From contig NW_008246075.1 of assembly GCF_000281045.1 (NCBI RefSeq), forward strand, positions 946,879 to 997,133: a DNA stretch of 50,255 nucleotides, read 5' to 3'. Below, piece after piece: positions 35,960 through 46,618 of this stretch. The notes below the pieces were generated by a model that saw only the letters and a list, made by a program, of their open reading frames with translations, was not told the origin of the DNA and searched no databases. The first letter of the stretch is position 1. Every line of letters begins with the position of its first letter. Source of the DNA: Saprolegnia diclina VS20 (Eukaryota). The position numbers and the translations under genes are program-made.

Positions 35960-37616
35960 ATGCTGGAGCTGGTTGTCGTGGGCGGCAGCTACGTCGGCTT
36001 CTTCGCCTTTGCCCACATCTTCTTCTCGCGATGGCTCTTCCAGGACTACGAGGTCAAAGACACGGGCGTCTTCTCGCGGCTCATCTTCTGCGTCTGCCTT
36101 GCGTGCTCGATGAGCATTCTCGAGGTCGTCATCTTTGAGCTTGCGGCAGTTCTCGACAGCGAGACGCGCCAGCTCGTGTGGCAGCTCGACCTCGTCGTGC
36201 TCGCGTTCCTCATTGCATACCTCATCCCGTTCGTGCTTATCTTTACGTTGGCGCGCGAGCAACAGTGCCGGCGACGCACGGCGCTCCTGCTCGCGACAAC
36301 CTTTGAGCTCGGCTTTCTCTACGCGTTCTGGAAGCTCGGCGACTACGTCACGCTCGTGCAGGACGCGACGCCGCAGCCCACGACGATCGCGTGGTTTGTC
36401 TCGCTTGAGGCCTTTGTGAGCCGTGTGAGCTTCCTTGGCGTCAACTTCATGGCGGTCCTCTCGGGCTTTGGCGCCGTCAATGGCCCGTACGAGTACATGA
36501 GCATGTTTTGGCGCACCGTCGAGGAAGACGACGTGCGCTGCCTCGAGAAGCGTCTGCGCCAGAACCTCGAGATGGTCGTGACCAAGAAGAAGCGGATCGT
36601 CGTCGAGCGCCGGTACGTGGCGAGCACCGAGACCACGTCGGGCCGGGCCAACCCGCTGCTACGCTTGTGGCACTGGGTCTCGCCGCAAGAGTCGAAAGGT
36701 ATGGAGATTCTGTCCGATCTTTGTTTTCCATAAATGCTGCCTATAGAGTCGTACCTGCAAAACGTACAGAAGGAGGTCGAGATCCTCGAGACACTGAGCC
36801 AAGAACTCTTCTTGGAGATCCACGCGATGCGCGAACTCCAGGTGCGCACAGCAACGCAAGGCACATGCCTATAGTGTGGCGTGTGTAGAAGCGCGCGGCT
36901 GAGATGCGCACGCTCAAAGGGCGTTTCTTCAACCTCATTGGCTACCTCTTTTGCGGCTTTTGCCTCTACAAGATGGTCATGAGCACGGTCAACGTCGTCT
37001 TCAACCGCGACCGGGACAAGGACCCGATCACCAACGCGATGGAAAAAATACTGTACCTCTGGCCAGCGCTCGCGTCTTGGGTACTTGTCGTTACGTCCTC
37101 TTGCGATAACCCAACGCGTAGATCAATGTCCGCTTCATCTCGGACATTTCGTCGCTGACGCTCGTGGGCATCCTCGTGTTTACCCAGACCCGCGGCTTTC
37201 TCATCATGCTCCTCAAGGTAGGACGCGCGTTGTGTGGCGGAAGGACATTATAGTGTGTGTACTAGGTGTTCCGGACGTTCTCGAGCAGTGTCTCCAACAA
37301 CTCGGTCGTGCTCTTCCTCGCCGAGCTCATGGGCATGTACTTTGTGTCTTCGTTTGTCATGATGCGCATGAACCTCCCGACGCAGCACAAGTAAGCGTAT
37401 CGGTGGCGAGATCATGGACACGATTGGCGGCTGGTATGTAGACGCCATATCGATGCGGTGCTCGGGCCGATCGACTATTACGTGTACTATTGCTGGTTCG
37501 ACGTGCTCTTTGTCGTCAGCGCCCTTGTGAGCCTCGGCCTCCTCGCGCTCGTCACCATGTCCAAGGTCTCACGCACGGCCATTGACAGCTTTACGCTCCA
37601 CGACAAGTACCCGTAA
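35960..37616 (+). CDS. GPR89: GPR89 / Golgi pH regulator (GTG-type) anion channel
   Basis: Motifs LFQDYEV, LEVVIFE, FWKLGD, SRVSFLGVNFMAVLSGFGAVNGPY, RTLKGRFFN, DPIT, ELMGMYFVSSFVMMRMNLP, WFDVLFVVSA. Multi-exon. Confidence 0.92.
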
Positions 37617-37617
37617 C

Positions 37618-40600
37618 TTAGCCGAAATGCAGCGACCCTTTGCCTTCCCATGTGGCGAGGTCCGACGATCGAAACTCGACGGGACCGGACGGCCGGCGGG
37701 CGGCAGGCGGCCCGACGTTGGCAAAATCCATACCGCCGTCAACGACGCGCATCGACTTGGTCTTGCCACGCGGCTCAAACGTCGTGTTGGACAGCACGAC
37801 GGGTCCCGACGAGCTTGGCGCTGACCGGCTGAGCCACGCATCCGCCGAGGCTTTGCGCTTGCCCGACTTGGTCGACGACTTGCCGGACGCACTGGCCAAC
37901 GAAAACGACGCCGGCATCGCATACTTGGCACCTAGACACGAGTCAAATCCTGAGCTTACAATGTCGCACACGGCGTCGTACTGCGAAAGGTGGCGACGGG
38001 CGATGCCTTCTTGGACTTGCTACTGTAGCGCGCGCCTTTCCCGCCCTTCTTGCCGCGTTTCGAGGGCTTGCCCGACTCAAAGCCGGCATCGGGGTTGCGC
38101 CGTTGCTCTTCCAGTCGCTTCTTGGACTCGCGCTGGCGCTTGACGCGGCGATCGCCATAACTTTTGCCGTTCCTACGACAGAAGCACATCAGACAACGAT
38201 ACGTAGGACGATGCAGCAACCGGTTGGCACCAAACATGTTGAGGTAGTCGATGCCCGGGTCGCTCGCGGTTTGACGCGCTTGCAGACTCGCGACCGATGT
38301 AAAGTGCTTGAACTCGCGCAGCGCCGGCGGAATGTCCCGGGCCGAGGGCAGCATCGCGACGACCTCATTGTCCGAGACGTCTTCGATCGAATCCGAGTCG
38401 TAAAACTTGGCCACGGCGCGGGGCTTGGTCAAGTCCACAACGGCCGCGGCCTCGTCGTTCGAGTCGTCACCAAAGTGGAACATGTCCTCGCCGTCGTCGT
38501 CCACGTCCCTACGCAAGAGGCGTCAGAGGGGCGGTCGCTTCATGTGGCATCGCACCTCAACAGCACTTGCGACGACCCGTCGTTCTCTAGCGCACAACTG
38601 TCAGCGGCATGGACTAATGTAGAGCGAGCAGTACCTCGGGACGAATCGCAGAGCGTGCACTTGTGTGGGTCCTTGCCTTCGACGTTGGTGCAAATGTTGC
38701 ACGTCCACGGCACGTCGTTCCGCACGCTTGCAGCGTCGGCCGCGATCTTTCTCGGTGCAGCACATATGGCACACGCCAGACCGTTCGGGTTTTCGTTGAC
38801 GTAGGTACACTGCTCGCAATTCCAGCCGTGGCGAACGGGGCTGCTTGGCAGGCTGCTCGGCGACGAAACCAGCCGCCGGGGGCGGAGCGGGCTGCTTCTT
38901 GGAGACAGTCCGTGTGATCGAATGGGACTCTCCAGTGGTGTGCTGTCGACCACGGGGGCACGTCGGCGCACGGGGCTTCTTCGCGGACTGGGGCTCGTTC
39001 GCGACTCGTGGGCGAGTGGTTTGCGGAGGCGCCGGGGCACAATAACGACGTCCTTCTCGTCGTCGTCTTCGCTCGAGTCGTCGAGGAGTCCCACTTGGCG
39101 CATCTTGGCAAACGGCGACGGCCGACCTGCCTTACGACCGGACAAGGCAAGAACGGGCGAGTCGATCTCGTCGTCGTCGGCGTCGACGCCAGCGTCGTCC
39201 TGGAAGAACGACCGACGAGCGCTACGAGGCGGCGTCACGACCACGTTGTCGGGCAATGGCGCCCGAGCTCGTGCTGGCGAGGCGACGACGGGACGCTTTG
39301 GCCTCTCCACCAGAGTTGGTCGATGAAGCGGGGATTCGGGAGACGAATCGTACGCAGCGCGGTTCACCACGGAAAGCCGTGGTGGGGATGCCACAATATC
39401 ATCATCCGGTATCGTTCGGGCCACGCTAGTGTAAGGTACGGGGCTCGTCACAGCGGCTTGTGGCGGCACCAAGGAAAAGGCTGGTGGCGATTCGATTGCC
39501 GGTGGGGCCACCATGCCCAGCATGTTGAATTGAGGTGGACTCTCGGGTGGCAGCAGGTTGAACGTTGGGGCAGCGACCGGCGCAGCAGGCATGTTTGCGA
39601 AATCGAGCAGCTGAAAATTCGGCGCTTCGCCGTCGTCCGTGTCCAGCGCAGGCGCCACAAACGGTCGCTCGCTCTTGACGACGGCAGATGCAGGCTCCGG
39701 GTCGTCGCTCGCAGCAGGGCCATCGTCCGACGGCGTCAGGTCCAGCCCATGATCGTAGTCGAGATCGGCGGCCGGTGGATCGTCTTCGTACAATGGTTGA
39801 GCTCTTGGCGACGGTATCGGCTCGGGGGGCGCCTCGTGCGCTTGTACGTGGTCTGGTTGTACCGAGTCGGGTATCTCGGGGTCCGGTAGCTCTGACTGCT
39901 CCGGCTCGGGTCGTGGCGTCTCGACGACGGGCGGCGGCTTAGTCTTGCGCGGCGCTGCCATCCAACGACCCATTAAGTCGGCAGCCGTGTGCGGACCGTT
40001 CGACTGCGTCAAGGCCGGAAGGGTCGGGGGTGCTGCGGTTGTCGACGCTGGCGTCTCGGTGGGTCGCACTACTGTCCTCTGCAGTCTGGGAAATACCACA
40101 GTCGACTTGGCACCGAAAAAGAAGCTGCCGAGCGGCCGGGGTCGCTCGATGGAAAGCAGACGCGGGTTTCCAGCTGTAGACGCTTCTTCCGGGTCGTTCT
40201 GCGGCGGTGTTTGAGGGACGAGCTCGTCTTTGGGCAGGGCCGGCGCCCATGGCCGCAGCAAGCCGGCCTTTTTTGTCGCTCGAGCCGGCACTTTAAGGCT
40301 TGGCGGTGCTGGTGAGGCTTCTAGTCGCGCTGGTGGCGGTCGTTTCTCTTCGTCGTCGTCGTCGTTGATGTTGGGTTCGGGCGCCGCTGTCTGGGAAGCG
40401 CCCCAGCCACTCGCCGTTCCTCCGCGCAGCGCCCGCTGGCCCGGATCTTGGGTCCGCGGTCGCTTCTGCTCGGGCGACGACGGCGCTGGGGGATCGAACT
40501 GGCTCATCATAGGCGCCGCTGGCATGCTCAGACGGAGGCGCTTCTTGGGCTTCGTCGGCAGCGCCTGCGACAGCTGGGAGAGCGCGTCCGATGGCGCGTC

Positions 40601-40750
40601 CGGCCGCGCCGCCCCGCAGGCCGCGCACGTCTTCCGCTGGTAGCCGTTCAGGAGGGTGCACATGCTGCACTCCCACTCCTTCGTCCGCCCCATCCGCCGG
40701 GCCGCGCGGCCTCCGTCGGTCGCTTGGCTCGCCCCGGGGCTCTCGCTCAT
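37618..40750 (-). CDS. Low-complexity protein with three RanBP2/NZF-type zinc fingers
   Basis: WECSMCTLLN..CAAC, WNCEQCTYVN..CAIC and WTCNICT..CTLC. Four short introns in the 3' part lead to TAA at 37618. Confidence 0.75.
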
Positions 40751-41094
40751 TCCCGTTTTGGCGCGAGCCTCAGACGTTGCGTTATCCGGACAATCGCGCT
40801 GTCCGTATAATGCATCATGGCTATTTCCACGCCCGTTACTGGTCCATAGGCCATTTCCTTTGCATCAATACGCGCCTTTGGGTCTACGTCTAGCGACCTA
40901 TTTGATAGAAAGCATCTCATTAAGCGCACTGGACGTCGGTGCGATACCCTGGGTGACGTCTATGGTGCATAATGCGGAGGCGGGACATTAAGTTGCGTGG
41001 GATTAGCCTCTTCGTTGGCGGAAAGATTGAGTTTTGGCCAATCCGCGACAAGTCGGTTCGGCGAAGCGTCGGCAATCTTGGATTCGCATCGGCC

Positions 41095-42563
41095 ATGTCG
41101 GGCCCCAACTTGACCTTGGAGGAGGCGAAAGCATTCCTGCGCCTGGACCTCGGCGGCGTGAACCTGTACGACCACCTCTCGGACGTGCTCTTGCGCGTGC
41201 TCGTCGAGCGGCCCAACGACGCGGTGAATGCGTTCGAGCACCTCTCGTGCACGGTACGCCAAGAGCGCTTCAAGCGGCCAGCCGAAGCGATCGCTGCCGA
41301 GAACGCCATCGACGCCCAAGCGGTACGTGGTATGTAGCCATGGCGCCTAGTCGAGCTCTGCATGAGTAGAAGGCGCAGCAAGAAGCATGGGGCAAGGCGG
41401 CAACCAGCCTACTCAAGATACAGAACGGCGACGAAGAGGTGGCGCCCGAGACGCCGACAGGCGTCGCCGACCTCTTGGACGAGGCCAACATGTTTGAGTG
41501 GGCGGGCCTCGGCTTTTCGCGCGGTGAGACGTTCCGCCTCTCACTCGCACTGCAGAAGCTCGCGACGGTCAACACCACCGTCAAGCTGCGTTTCTGGGGC
41601 AAGATCCTTGGCATTGGCACCGACTACTACGTTGCAGAAGGCGAGCTGCCGGAACCCTACGAGCCGGAAGACCAAGACGCCGAAGAAGGTGCCAACGGCC
41701 TCAATCGAAACACGTACTGGGTCATGAAGGACAATGGTAACAGGCATCTCATGCACCAACGAAGCTACGGGACTCTTCGTAGGCACATACGAGTGGGTGC
41801 AGCTACCGCCGGTGCGGCGCGACCAGATCCTCGCTGCCCGCGCGCTTCGTCGCTTCGTGCGCAGCAACCTCGAGGGCAAGGTACACGCGAGCTACTCTGA
41901 GCATACGAAACGAGGTGCTAGGTGCATGGCCACCCGCCGTTTCCAGGGACGGAGAAGAACTTCTTGCGGGCGCAAATTGCCCGCATTTCGTCGTCGACCG
42001 TGCTGTGCCCGGCCGGGTACTTTGTCGTCACGGAGGAAGGAGCGATCGAGCCACCCGAGGAGGCACCTGAGGCCAAGTCGGCCGCCGAGCTCGCCGAGCT
42101 TGGGACGTGGGTGCACTACACCAAAGAGATCAACGACAAGTACGGGCGCAGCGTGGCGCTGCCGCCGAAGACCAACGACGACGGCGAAGAGGTACCGTGG
42201 GAGGGCGAAGAGTTAGTCGAGCCGTTGCGGGCGCTTTCCGAAGACAAGCCAAATTCGTGGCGTGTCGAACGGGTGCCTACGACGGTCTCGGCGGCCGTCG
42301 GTGAGATCGCAGTCGTCAAGTCGCTCGTGTGGCCCGGCGCCGTGACGCTCGGCGTCGGCAAGAAGTTTCTCAATGTCTACGTTGGCCATGGGCTCAAGGC
42401 CAAGTTTGGCGCCGACCACCAAGTGCAGTTGCCCAAGCCGCTCCAGGTCGACTTTGGCGTCGCGCCCGACGGCGACAACGACGCCAAGCTCAAGTTTACC
42501 AACTTGCAAGAGCAGCCCGACGTGCTCGTGGACCCGTCGCCGCCCGAGGACCCGGACGCCTAA
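41095..42563 (+). CDS. Flagellar radial spoke head protein RSPH4/6-like
   Basis: Motifs NLYDHLSDVL, FEWAGLG, LRFWGKILG..DYYVAE, GANGLNRNTYWV, WVQLP, PPFPGTEKNFLRAQIARISSSTVLCPAGYF, SLVWPGA, YVGHGLK. Three introns. Confidence 0.92.
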
Positions 42564-42610
42564 AGACTGACAGGATGTATACAAGCAATCGAAGTCTATT
42601 CTCGTGTGTC

Positions 42611-45600
42611 TTAGTAGTACGTGTTGCGCTCGATCCAGCCGGGCGTGCGCACCATGCGGCCCGTGTCCGGGTCGACAGTCGTGACCGAGGTTTCGCGCAG
42701 CATGTACTTGCGCATCTCGTCGACCGAAAAGATGAGCAGCGTGAACGGCATACCGCAGAACCAGTGCGTGAGACGCATCGAGCCCGTCGAGAAGATCGTG
42801 TTGAAGAAGCCCGAGTAGCTCATGATCGCGCCGATGAGCGTTTCAAACATGAGGCCCATGAACATCACGTCGTTGCGCATGCCCTGCGTGAAGAGCGAGA
42901 GGTACCGCGTCTTGCAGATGAGCAGGTTGCCCCACTGGCTCATAATGACCGCGACAAAGTACGCCGTTTGGGCAATCGCGAGCGCCTCCGACTGCATGAC
43001 GCGCGAGAGCACGTTCGAGTACGTCGTGCCGCTCGTATCCGTGTACGTAAACCCGGCAGCAAAGTCGAGCAAGCACGCGACGCCCGAGCACGACACCGAC
43101 CCGTCCGCGTTCTTGACCTGGCGGACGTACGTGGCCTTGCTGTACTTTTGGTCGCCCATCGGCGTCGTCGTCGCGCTCGCCGTGCCGTTGGCCGAGACGA
43201 TCGCCACGAGCTGGTCCTTGAAGTTGTCGACGTAGTCCGAGTTACTGAGACCGCCGTCCGTATCAGTCGACGTCGCCGCCCAGACACCAAACGGTTGGTA
43301 GCTCGCCATGAGCTCGGGGGTCGCGCTGCCAAGACCCACAACGTCCGAGCTGGTCACGTCGTACTCGAGGTACGTCTTCTTGAAGAAGCTCGACCGACGC
43401 GCCTTCATCGGTGTGTACGGGTGGTAGCCCGCGGCGTAGGCCGCCGCCATCGATTGGTACGTCGGTACCGCGTTCTTGCTGGTAAACGAGCCATACGTGG
43501 TCGGGTTGAACTTGTCAAAGTTGCCGGGCTTGGAGTCGCCGCCAACAAAGTTGCCGACCGCATACTGGCAGTCGACGAGCGTGCCATCTTCCTTAGGGTC
43601 CCAGAAGATCTGAGCGTCAAAAATGTTGCCGCCGGTCGGAATCGTAGCGTTGTACGTGAGACCGCACTTGGCATCGGGGCCAAACGCACCGAGCGGCGTA
43701 TCGAGCGACTTGCCACCGGCCGAGCAGTAGACGCCACCGTCAGTCTTGCACCACATGACATGGCGACCGTAGTAAGCGCCACCAAGACCCGGAAGCACCT
43801 TGGGCGAGTAGCCGTAGCTGTTCATGACCGTAAAGTAGCAGAACATGCCGGCCGTCGCCTCAATGATGCCCATCATGAGGTACGAGAACGTAATGAGCTT
43901 CTTGGTGACGAGGCGGTCGACGGCGGCGTTGCGCGGCGGGCGGAGCATGATGTCGTTCTCGGCGCCTTCGTACGCCATCGAAATCGCCGGCACCATATCC
44001 GTGCCGAGGCAGATCGCAATCATGAGCAGCGCCGTGAGCGGCAGCGGCACGTTGATGATGACGTTGAGCAAGACCGGGACGAGCTCGGGGATGTTGGCCG
44101 CCAGCGCATACGCAATCGACTTCTTGAGGTTGTCAAAGATGATGCGGCCTTCTTCGACGCCGCAGACGATCGAGGCAAAGTTGTCGTCGAGGAGGATCAT
44201 GTCGGCCGCTTCCTTGGAGACTTCCGAGCCCATGATACCCATGGCGACACCAATGTCGGCCTTCTTGAGCGCCGGCGAGTCGTTCACGCCGTCACCAGTC
44301 ACGGCCACAATCTCCTTGCGGCGCTGGCAGTTCTCGACAATGATGAGCTTCTGCTGCGGCGACGTGCGCGCAAACACAATCTGCGGGTGGTCGAGGATGC
44401 GGTCCCACTCTTCCTCGGGCGTGTCTACCGAGATGGTCCAGCCAGGCACGACGATCGCACGCGCGCTACTCGGGTCCTCGTACAAGTTTCCCGCCGCGTT
44501 CGACTCTTCAATGTCTTCCTTCGTCGGGCCCCACAAGATGCCGACCTTGTGCGCAATGGCCTTGGCCGTCACGGGGTGGTCGCCCGTGACCATGATGACG
44601 CGGATACCGGCCGTCTTGCACTTCTCGACAGCGCCAAGCACCTCGGGGCGCGGCGGGTCGATGAGCGCCATGAGGCCGACAAAGCAGAGCGGCTCTTCGA
44701 CGTTCTTGAGCGGCGTCGGGATCATGTCGTAGTCGACGTCCTTCTCGCCGAGGGGAAAGTTGGGGTTGTCGGTCGAAAATTCGTACGAGTGCGGGTACCG
44801 CGCGACGTCGAGCGACTTTTCCGCAAAGCCGAGCACACGCATGCCGCGCTTCGAGAGCTGGAGTTGAAGGTCGTCAATCTCAGCGAGGCGCTCGGGCGTC
44901 ATCGGGAGCTCCTGGCCGTTGATCATGACCGAGCCGCAGCGCGCCGTGATGCGCTCGGGCGCGCCCTTCATGACAAGCAGCAAGTTCTTGGACTCGTCGT
45001 CGTCGAGCTTGTGGATCGAGACTTGGTACTTGTTTTTCGAGTTGAACGGAATCTCCTTGACCTTGGGGCACGCCTTGCGGTACTCCATGATATCGCGCTT
45101 GTCCTGGACAAACTTGATCATGGCCGACTCGGACGCGTCGCCGATCGTCTCCCAGTTGATCTTGTCGTTAACCTTGAAGACGAGCGGTGCGCCACGCGAG
45201 ATCGAGTCGCCGTCAGCCGACACGATCGACTCAAACTTGGACTCTTCGTCAAAGACCGCATTGTTGCACAGCGTCGCGCAGCGCTGAAGGCGCACAAAGC
45301 TGTCGTCCGCGAGGTTGTAGCTGGGCGTCGGCGTGAGCGAGCACTCGGCGTCGAAAATCTTGTTGTCGTACACGACGTTGGCGACCGTCATGATGTTTTG
45401 CGTGAGCGTGCCCGTCTTGTCCGAGCAAATGCACGTCGTGGACCCGAGCGTCTCGACGCCCTGGAGGTTCTTGACGAGCATGTTCTTCTTCGACATGCGC
45501 GACGCCGCGAGCGAGAGGCACACGGTCACGGTCGCGAGGAGGCCTTCGGGCACGTTGGCGACAATGATGCCAATCATGAACGCGAGGTTGGTCGAAAACT

Positions 45601-46618
45601 CGAGCTTCTTGATAAAGCCCACAATGAAAAAGATGACGCCGGTCGTGACAGCGACGCCCGTGATGATGTGCACAAAGTGGTTGATCTCGCGCGCGATCGG
45701 GGTCAGCTCCGAGCCCGTGGCGGTCGCAAGCTTGGCGATGCGGCCCATGACAGTCGAATCGCCAATGTTGACGACGATGCCCTTGCCGTTGCCTTGCGGA
45801 ATGAGCGTGCCAAAGAAGCACAGGTTCTTCGTCTCGAGCGGGTTCTCGTCCGTGCAGTGCGGCACGCGCTTGATTGGCTCCGACTCGCCCGTGAGGCACG
45901 AGTTGTCGACCAAAAAGTCGTCCGAGCACTCGACGACGCGGATGTCGGCGGGCACCTTGTCGCCGCCCTTGAGGAGCACAATGTCGCCGCGCACCAGCTG
46001 GGATGCGTTGATCTTTTGCGACTTGCCGTCGCGGACGACCGTGATCATCGTGGGCATCATGTTCTTGAACGACTCCATGAGGTTGGACGACTTGCGGTTC
46101 TGAAAGTACGAGAAAAACCCGGTGACGAGGATCGTCACGAAGAGCGCGGTCGCCGTGTAGAGCTGCGTGATGTCGTACGCGAGGAAGTAGCAGCCAAAGC
46201 ACGCGGCCGCGCCGACAAAGAGCAGGATCGAGAAGAAGCCCGTGAGCTCGCGGAAGAGCTTGATCCACTCCGAGACCTCCTTGGGCGGCGTGAGCATGTT
46301 GAGGCCTTCCTTCTGCTTGCGCATCTCGACGTGGTCGGTCGACATACCGACCTCGGGATCGGTCATGAGGTCAGCGCAGAGCTCGGGGATGCTGATCTTG
46401 TGCTCGGTCATGACAAGCTCACGCCGAGCATCATGCTGGTCGTTGCCGCCCTTCTTGCCGCCCTTCTTGGCCTGCTTGCGCGCCTCCATGCGCTGGCGCA
46501 TCTCGGTCGAGACCGCGACGATGTCGGCCGACGACCGCTGGTGCATGGACGCCCGGTGGCTGCCCGCGCGGAGCCGCGCGCTCCCGGCCCGCTCCCGCAA
46601 GCTGTTCTGCCGCTCCAT
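42611..46618 (-). CDS. Na+/K+-type (P2C) P-type ATPase alpha subunit with long M7-M8 insertion
   Basis: Intronless, ~1335 aa. Motifs LTGES, VANVPEGL, ICSDKTGTLT, KGAPERI, MVTGDHP, TGDGVNDSPALKKAD, GRIIFDNLKKSIAY, C-terminal WIERNTYY. Confidence 0.95.
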   Translation of the reverse strand: MERQNSLRERAGSARLRAGSHRASMHQRSSADIVAVSTEMRQRMEARKQAKKGGKKGGNDQHDARRELVMTEHKISIPELCADLMTDPEVGMSTDHVEMRKQKEGLNMLTPPKEVSEWIKLFRELTGFFSILLFVGAAACFGCYFLAYDITQLYTATALFVTILVTGFFSYFQNRKSSNLMESFKNMMPTMITVVRDGKSQKINASQLVRGDIVLLKGGDKVPADIRVVECSDDFLVDNSCLTGESEPIKRVPHCTDENPLETKNLCFFGTLIPQGNGKGIVVNIGDSTVMGRIAKLATATGSELTPIAREINHFVHIITGVAVTTGVIFFIVGFIKKLEFSTNLAFMIGIIVANVPEGLLATVTVCLSLAASRMSKKNMLVKNLQGVETLGSTTCICSDKTGTLTQNIMTVANVVYDNKIFDAECSLTPTPSYNLADDSFVRLQRCATLCNNAVFDEESKFESIVSADGDSISRGAPLVFKVNDKINWETIGDASESAMIKFVQDKRDIMEYRKACPKVKEIPFNSKNKYQVSIHKLDDDESKNLLLVMKGAPERITARCGSVMINGQELPMTPERLAEIDDLQLQLSKRGMRVLGFAEKSLDVARYPHSYEFSTDNPNFPLGEKDVDYDMIPTPLKNVEEPLCFVGLMALIDPPRPEVLGAVEKCKTAGIRVIMVTGDHPVTAKAIAHKVGILWGPTKEDIEESNAAGNLYEDPSSARAIVVPGWTISVDTPEEEWDRILDHPQIVFARTSPQQKLIIVENCQRRKEIVAVTGDGVNDSPALKKADIGVAMGIMGSEVSKEAADMILLDDNFASIVCGVEEGRIIFDNLKKSIAYALAANIPELVPVLLNVIINVPLPLTALLMIAICLGTDMVPAISMAYEGAENDIMLRPPRNAAVDRLVTKKLITFSYLMMGIIEATAGMFCYFTVMNSYGYSPKVLPGLGGAYYGRHVMWCKTDGGVYCSAGGKSLDTPLGAFGPDAKCGLTYNATIPTGGNIFDAQIFWDPKEDGTLVDCQYAVGNFVGGDSKPGNFDKFNPTTYGSFTSKNAVPTYQSMAAAYAAGYHPYTPMKARRSSFFKKTYLEYDVTSSDVVGLGSATPELMASYQPFGVWAATSTDTDGGLSNSDYVDNFKDQLVAIVSANGTASATTTPMGDQKYSKATYVRQVKNADGSVSCSGVACLLDFAAGFTYTDTSGTTYSNVLSRVMQSEALAIAQTAYFVAVIMSQWGNLLICKTRYLSLFTQGMRNDVMFMGLMFETLIGAIMSYSGFFNTIFSTGSMRLTHWFCGMPFTLLIFSVDEMRKYMLRETSVTTVDPDTGRMVRTPGWIERNTYY

